64,000 nucleotides of DNA from positions 339,512,001 to 339,576,000 of the forward strand of contig OZ024742.1 in NCBI GenBank assembly GCA_964016885.1, read 5' to 3'. Below are positions 56,281-64,000 of this stretch, in pieces. The notes below the pieces were generated by a model, which saw only the letters and a list, made by a program, of their open reading frames with translations, was not told where the DNA came from and did not search any database. The stretch is from Eledone cirrhosa (taxonomy: Eukaryota). Made by a program: the position numbers and the translations under genes. The number at the start of each line of letters is the position of its first letter. Position 1 is the first letter of the stretch.

Positions 56281-59200
56281 AAAGGTGGATGACGGGAAGG
56301 TGGATGACGGGAAGGTGGATGATGGGAAGGAAATGACAGAGAGGTGGATGACGGGAAGGTGGATGACGGGAAGGTGGATGACGGGAAGAGAATGACAGAG
56401 AGGTGGTTGATGGGAAGGGAATAACAGAGAGGTGGATGACGGGAAGGTGTATGATGGGAAGAGAATGACAGAGAGGTGCATGACGGGAAGAGAATAACAG
56501 AGAGGTGGATGACGGGAAGGTGGATGATGGGAAGAGAATGACAGAGAGGTGCATGACGGGAAGAGAATAACAGAGAGGTGGATGACGGGAAGGTGGATGA
56601 TGGGAAGAGAATGACAGAGAGGTGCATGACGGGAAGAGAATAACAGAGAGGTGGATGACGGGAAGGTGGATGATGGGAAGAGAATGACTGAGCGATGGAT
56701 GAGGGGAAGGGAATGACAGAGAGGTGGATGACGGGAAGGAGGATGATGGGAAGAGAATGACACAGAGGTGGATGATGGGAAGAGAATGACAGAGAGGTGG
56801 ATGATGGGAAGGTGGATGACGGGAAGAGAATGACAGAGAGCTGAATGATGGGAAGGGAATGACAGAGAGGTGGATGACGGGAAGGTGGATGATGGGAAGG
56901 AAATGACAGAGAGGTGGATGACGGGAAGGTGGATGATGGGAAGGAAATGACAGTGAGGTGGATGACGGGACGGTGGATGATAGGAAGGGAATGACAGAGA
57001 GGTGGATGACGGGAAGGTGGATGATGGGAAGAGAATGACAGAGAGGTGGATGACGGGAAGGAAATGACAGAGAGGTGGATGACGGGAAGGTGGATGACGG
57101 GAAGAGAATGACAGAGAGGTGGATGACGGGAAGAGAATGACAGAGAGGTGGATGACGGCAAGGTGGATGGTGGGAAGGAAATAACAGAGAGGTGGATGAA
57201 GGGAAGGTGGATGATGGGAAGAGAATGACACAGAGATTGATGACGCGAAGATGGATGATGGGAAGTGAATGACAAAGAGGTGGATGACGGGAAGGTGGAT
57301 GATGGGAAGGAAATGACAGAGAGGTGGATTACGGGAAGGTGGATGATGGGAAGGAAATGACGGTGAGGTGGATGACGGGAAGGGAATGACAGAGAGGTCG
57401 ATGACAGGAAGGTGGATAAAGGGAAGACAATGACAGTGAGGTGGATGACGGGAAGGAAATGACAGAGGTGCATGACGAGAAGGGCATGACAGAGAGGTGG
57501 ATGACGGGAAGGTGGATGATGAGAAGCAAATGACAGAGAGGTGGATGACGGGAAGGTGGATGATGGGAAGAGAATGACAGAGAGGTGGATGGCGGGAAGG
57601 TGGATGATGGGAAGAGAATGACAGAGAGGTGGATGACGGGAAGGTGGATGATGGGAAGAGAATGACTGAGCGATGGATGAGGGGACGGGAATGACAGAGA
57701 GGTGGATGACGGGAAGGGAATGACAGAGAGGTGCATGACAGGAAGAGAATGACAGAGAGATGGATGATGGGAAAGAAATGACAGAGAGGTGGATGACGGG
57801 AAGGAGGATGATGGGAAGAGAATGACACAGAGGTGGATGATGGGAAGGTGGATGATGGGAATAGAATGACAGAGATGTGGATGACGGGAAGGTGGATGAT
57901 GGGAAGAGAATGACAGAGAGGTGGATGATGGGAAGGGAATGAAAGAGAGGTGGATGACGGGAAGGTGGATGATGGGAAGAGAATGAGAGAGAGGTGGATG
58001 ACGGGAAGGTGGATGATGGGAAGAGAATGACAGAGAGGTGCATGACGGGAAGAGAATGACAGAGAAGTGGATGACGGGAAGGTGGATGATGGGAAGAGAA
58101 TGACACAGAGGTGGATGATGGGAAGGTGGATGATGGGAAGATAATGACAGAGAGGTGGATGATGGGAAGGTGGATGATGGGAAGAGAATGACAGAGAGGT
58201 GGATGATGGGAAGATGGATGATGGGAAGAGAATAACAGAGAGGTGGATGACAGGAAGGTGGATGATGGGAAGAGAATGACAGAGAGGTGGATGATGGAAA
58301 GGGAATGACAGAGAGGTGGATGACGGAAAGGTGGATGACGGGAAAGGAATGACAGAGAGGTGGATGACGGAAAGGTGATTGATGGGAAGGGAATGACAGA
58401 GAGGTGGATGACGGGAAGGTGGATGATGGGAAGAGAATGACTGAGAGGTGGATGACGGGAAGGGGGATGATGGGAGGTGAATGACAGAGAGGTGGATGAC
58501 GGGAAGGGGGATGATGGGAGGTGAATGACAGAGTGGTGGATGACGGGAAGGTGGATGATGGGAAGGGAATGACAGAGATGTGGATGACGGGAAGGTGGAT
58601 GATGGGAAGGAAATGACAGAGAGGTGGATGACGGGAAGGGAATGACAGAGAGGTGGATGACGGGAAGGTGGATGACGGGAAGAGAATGACAGAGAGGTGG
58701 ATGATGGAAAGGGAATGACAGAGAGGTGGATGACGGGAAGGTGGATGATGGGAAGGGAATGACAGAGAGGTGGATGATGGGAAGAGAATGACAGAGAGGT
58801 GGATGACGGGAAGGTGGATGATGGGAAGAGAATGACAGAGAGGTGGATGATGGGAAGGGAATGACAGAGAGGTGGATGACGGGAAGGTGGATGATGGGAA
58901 GAGAATGACTGAGAGGTGGATGACGGGAAGGGGGATGATGGGAGGTGAATGACAGAGTGGTGGATGACGGGAAGATGGATGACGGGAAGTGAATGACAGA
59001 GAGGTGGATGACGGGAAGGTGGATGATGGGAAGGGAATGGCAGAGATGTGGATGACGGGAAGGTGGATGATGGGAAGGAAATGACAGAGAGGTGGATGAC
59101 GGGAAGGGAATGACAGAGAGGTGGATGACGGGAAGGTGGATGACGGGAAGAGAATGACAGAGAGGTGGATGATGGAAAGGGAATGACAGAGAGGTGGATG

Positions 59201-62200
59201 ACGGGAAGGTGGATGATGGGAAGGAAATGACAGAGAGGTGGATGACGGGAAGGTGGATGATGGGAAGGGAATGACAGAGAGGTGGATGATGGGAAGAGAA
59301 TGACAGAGGGGTGGATGACGGGAAGGTGGATGATGGGAAGAGAATGACAGAGAGGTGGATGATGGGAAGGGAATGACAGAGAGGTGGATGACGGAAAGGT
59401 GGATGATGCGAAGTGAATGACAGAGAGGTGGATGACGGGAAGGTGGATGATGGGAAGAGAATGGCAGAGAGGTGGATGACGGGAAGAGAATGACGCAGAG
59501 GTGGATGACGGGAAGGTGGATGATGGGAAGAGAATGGCAGAGACGTGGATGACGGGAAGAGAATGACGCAGAGGTGGATGACGGGAAGGTGGATAATGGG
59601 AAGGAAATGACAGAGAGGTGGAAGACGGGAAAGTGGATGATGGAAAGGAAATGACGGAGAGGTGGATGACGGGAAGGTGGATGACTGGATGAGAATGAGA
59701 GAGAAGGATGGATGACGGGAAGATGGATGATGGGAAAGAAATGACAGAGAGGTGGATGACGGGAAGGTGGATGATGGGAAGTGAATGACAGAGAGGTGGA
59801 TGACGGGAAGGTGGATGATGGGAAGGGAATGACAGAGAGGTGGATGACGGGAAGGTGGCTGATGGGAAAAGAATGACAGAGAGGTGGATGCCGGGAAATA
59901 TATGACAGAGAGGTGGATGACGGGAAGGTGGATGATGGGAAGTGAATGGCAGAGAGGTGGATGACGGGAAGGTGGATGTTGGGAAGGAAATGACAGTGAG
60001 GTGGATGACGGGAAGGTGGATGATAGGAAGGGAATGACAGAGAGGTGGATGACGGGAATGTGGATGATGGGAAGAGAATGACAGAGAGGTGGATGACGGG
60101 AAGGAAATAACAGAGTGGTGGCTGACGGGAAGGGTGGATGAAGGGAAGGGAATGACAGAGAGGTGGATGACGGGAAGGTGGATGTTGGGAAGGAAATGAC
60201 AGTGAGGTGGATGACGGGAAGGTGGATGATAGGAATGGAATGAGAGAGAGGTGGATGACGGGAAGGTGGATGATGGGAAGAGAATGACAGAGAGGTGGAT
60301 GATGGGAAGGGAATGACAGAGAGGTGGATGACGGGAAGGTGGATGTTGGGAAGGAAATGACAGTGAGGTGGATGACGGGGAGGTGGATGATGGGAAGAGA
60401 ATGACAGAGAGGTGGATGACGGGAAGGTGGATGATGGGAAGAGAATGACAGAGAGGTGGATGATGGGAAGGTGGCTGTTGGGAAAAGAATGACAGAGAGG
60501 TGGATGACGGGAAGGAAATGACAGAGAGGTGGATGACGGGAAGGAAATGACAGAGAGGTGGATGACGGGAAGGTAGATGATGGGAAGGAAATGACAGAGA
60601 GGTGGATGACGGGAAGGTGGATGATGGGAAGGGAATGACAGAGAGGTGGATGATGGGATGAGAATGACAGAGAGGTGGATGACGGGAAGGTGGATGATGG
60701 GAAGAGAATGACAGAGAGGTGGATGATGGGAAGAGAATGACAGAGAGGTGGATGACGGGAAGGAGGATGATGGGAAGAGAATGACACAGAGGTGGATGAT
60801 GGGAAGGTGGAGGATGGGAATAGAATGACAGAGATGTGGATGACGGGAAGGTGGATGATGGGAAGAGAATGACAGAGAGGTGGATGATGGGAAGGGAATG
60901 AAAGAGAGGTGGATGACGGGAAGGTGGATGATGGGAAGAGAATGAGAGAGAGGTGGATGACGGGAAGGTGGATGATGGGAAGAGAATGACAGAGAGGTGG
61001 ATGATGGGAAGGGAATGACAGAGAGGTGCATGACGGGAAGAGAATGACAGAGAGGTGGATGACGGGAAGGTGGATGACGGGAAGAGAATGACACAGAGGT
61101 GGATGATGGGAAGGTGGATGATGGGAAGATAATGACAGAGAGGTGGATGATGGGAAGGTGGATGATGGGAAGAGAATGACAGAGTGGTGGATGACGGGAA
61201 GGTGGATGATGGGAACAGAATGACAGAGAGGTGGATGATGGGAAGGTGGATGATGGGAAGAGAATAACAGAGAGGGGGATGACAGGAAGGTGGATGATGG
61301 GAAGAGAATGACAGAGAGGTGGATGATGGAAAGGGAATGACAGAGAGGTGGATGACGGAAAGGTGGATGACAGGAAAGGAATGACAGAGAGGTGGATGAC
61401 GGAAAGGTGGATGATGGGAAGGGAATGACAGAGAGGTGGATGACGGGAAGGTGGATGATGGGAAGAGAATGACTGAGAGGTGGATGACGGGAAGGGAGAT
61501 GATGGGAGGTGAATGACAGAGAGGTGGATGACGGGAAGGGGGATGATGGGAGGTGAATGACAGAGAGGTGGATGATGGGAAGGTGGATGACGGGAAGTGA
61601 ATGACAGAGAGGTGGATGACGGGAAGGTGGATGATGGGAAGGGAATGACAGAGAGGTGGATGACGGGAAGGTGGATGATGGGAAGGAAATGACAGAGAGG
61701 TGGATGACGGGAAGAGAATGACAGAGAGGTGGATGATGGAAAGGGAATGACAGAGAGGTGGATGACGGGAAGGTGGATGATGGGAAGGAAATGACAGAGA
61801 GGTGGATGACGGGAAGGTGGATGATGGGAAGGGAATGACAGAGAGGTGGATGATGGGAAGAGAATGACAGAGAGGTGGATGACGGGAAGGTGGATGATGG
61901 GAAGAGAATGACAGAGAGGTGGATGATGGGAAGGGAATGACAGAGAGGTGGATGACGGAAAGGCGGATGATGCGAAGTGAATGACAGAGAGGTGGATGAC
62001 GGGAAGGTGGATGATGGGAAGAGAATGGCAGAGAGGTGGATGACGGGAAGAGAATGACGCAGAGGTGGATGACGGGAAGGTGGATAATGGGAAGGAAATG
62101 ACAGAGAGGTGGAAGACGGGAAAGTGGATGATGGGAAGTAAATGACGGAGAGGTGGATGACGGGAAGGTGGATGACTGGATGAGAATGAGAGAGAAGGAT

Positions 62201-64000
62201 GGATGACGGGAAGATGGATGATGGGAAGGAAATGACAGAGAGGTGGATGACGGGAAGGTGGATGATGGGAAGTGAATGACAGAGAGGTGGATGACGGGAA
62301 GGTGGCTGATGGGAAAAAAATGACAGAGAGGTGGATGACGGGAAATATATGACAGAGAGGTGGATGACGGGAAGGTGGATGATGGGAAGTGAATGGCAGA
62401 GAGGTGGATGACGGGAAGGTGGATGTTGGGAAGGAAATGACAATGAGGTGGATGACGGGAAGGTGGATGATAGGAAGGGAATGACAGAGAGGTGGATGAC
62501 GGGAAGGTGGATGATGGGAAGAGAATGAGAGAGAGGTGGATGACGGGAAGGTGGATGATGGGAAGAGAATGACAGAGAGGTGGATGATGGGAAGGGAATG
62601 ACAGAGAGGTGCATGACGGGAAGAGAATGACAGAGAGGTGGATGACGGGAAGGTGGATGACGGGAAGAGAATGACACAGAGGTGGATGATGGGAAGGTGG
62701 ATGATGGGAAGATAATGACAGAGAGGTGGATGATGGGAAGGTGGATGATGGGAAGAGAATGACAGAGTGGTGGATGACGGGAAGGTGGATGATGGGAACA
62801 GAATGACAGAGAGGTGGATGATGGGAAGGTGGATGATGGGAAGAGAATAACAGAGAGGTGGATGACAGGAAGGTGGATGATGGGAAGAGAATGACAGAGA
62901 GGTGGATGATGGAAAGGGAATGACAGAGAGGTGGATGACGGAAAGGTGGATGACAGGAAAGGAATGACAGAGAGGTGGATGACGGAAAGGTGGATGATGG
63001 GAAGGGAATGACAGAGAGGTGGATGACGGAAAGGTGGATGATGGGAAGGGAATGACAGAGAGGTGGATGACGGGAAGGTGGATGATGGGAAGGGAATGAC
63101 AGAGAGGTGGATGACGGAAAGGTGGATGATGGGAAGGGAATGACAGAGAGGTGGATGACGGGAAGGTGGATGATGGGAAGAGAATGACTGAGAGGTGGAT
63201 GACGGGAAGGGAGATGATGGGAGGTGAATGACAGAGAGGTGGATGACGGGAAGGGGGATGATGGGAGGTGAATGACAGAGAGGTGGATGATGGGAAGGGG
63301 GATGATGGGAGGTGAATGACAGAGAGGTGGATGATGGGAAGGTGGATGACGGGAAGTGAATGACAGAGAGGTGGATGACGGGAAGGTGGATGATGGGAAG
63401 GGAATGACAGAGAGGTGGATGACGGGAAGGTGGATGATGGGAAGGGAATGACAGAGAGGTGGATGACGGGAAGGTGGATGATGGGAAGGGAATGACAGAG
63501 AGGTGGATGACGGGAAGGGAGATGATGGGAGGTGAATGACAGAGAGGTGGATGACGGGAAGGGGGATGATGGGAGGTGAATGACAGAGAGGTGGATGATG
63601 GGAAGGTGGATGACGGGAAGTGAATGACAGAGAGGTGGATGACGGGAAGGTGGATGATGGGAAGGGAATGACAGAGAGGTGGATGACGGGAAGGTGGATG
63701 ATGGGAAGGAAATGACAGAGAGGTGGATGACGGGAAGAGAATGACAGAGAGGTGGATGATGGAAAGGGAATGACAGAGAGGTGGATGACGGGAAGGTGGA
63801 TGATGGGAAGGAAATGACAGAGAGGTGGATGACGGGAAGGTGGATGATGGGAAGGGAATGACAGAGAGGTGGATGATGGGAAGAGAATGACAGAGAGGTG
63901 GATGACGGGAAGGTGGATGATGGGAAGAGAATGACAGAGAGGTGGATGATGGGAAGGGAATGACAGAGAGGTGGATGACGGAAAGGCGGATGATGCGAAG
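56281..64000. repeat. Composite purine-rich satellite (15-, 29- and 44-nt units) with higher-order duplications; runs off the window
   Basis: ggtggatga(c/t)gggaa (15 nt) and gacagagaggtggatgacgggaagagaat (29 nt) in mixed order. Confidence 0.95.

Noticed and set aside
55912-62677. 638-1782 aa S/H/P-rich ORFs
   Set aside because: Overlapping frames of one satellite; 29- and 44-nt units cycle through all frames, with no frame preference

Overview
This is AT-rich, microsatellite-saturated animal DNA. Its SINE, LINE and MITE families look like those of coleoid cephalopods (octopus-like); that assignment is an inference. I find no supportable intact host gene: almost every ORF in the track translates (TA)n, (CA)n, trinucleotide or satellite DNA. 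The main structure is a dense set of short, mostly non-coding Penelope-like element (PLE) insertions sitting inside (TA)n arrays. Many have fold-back (inverted) arms plus an unpaired tail. By hand-folding I count about 11 sequence-distinct families with both halves of a minimal type I hammerhead ribozyme (HHR) core, and four more with only the 3' half. Most families have their own self-complementary helix III. One family is a 36-nt U3:A8 variant. One PLE-style insertion family has a full tRNA cloverleaf where a hammerhead would be expected. Also present are decayed PLE, RTE and L1/Tx1 ORF fragments, pogo and mariner elements, a Helitron-like element, tRNA-derived SINEs, a few promoter-like unique islands, and a >7.7 kb composite satellite at the right end. 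All folds and translations were done by eye, and element boundaries are approximate.
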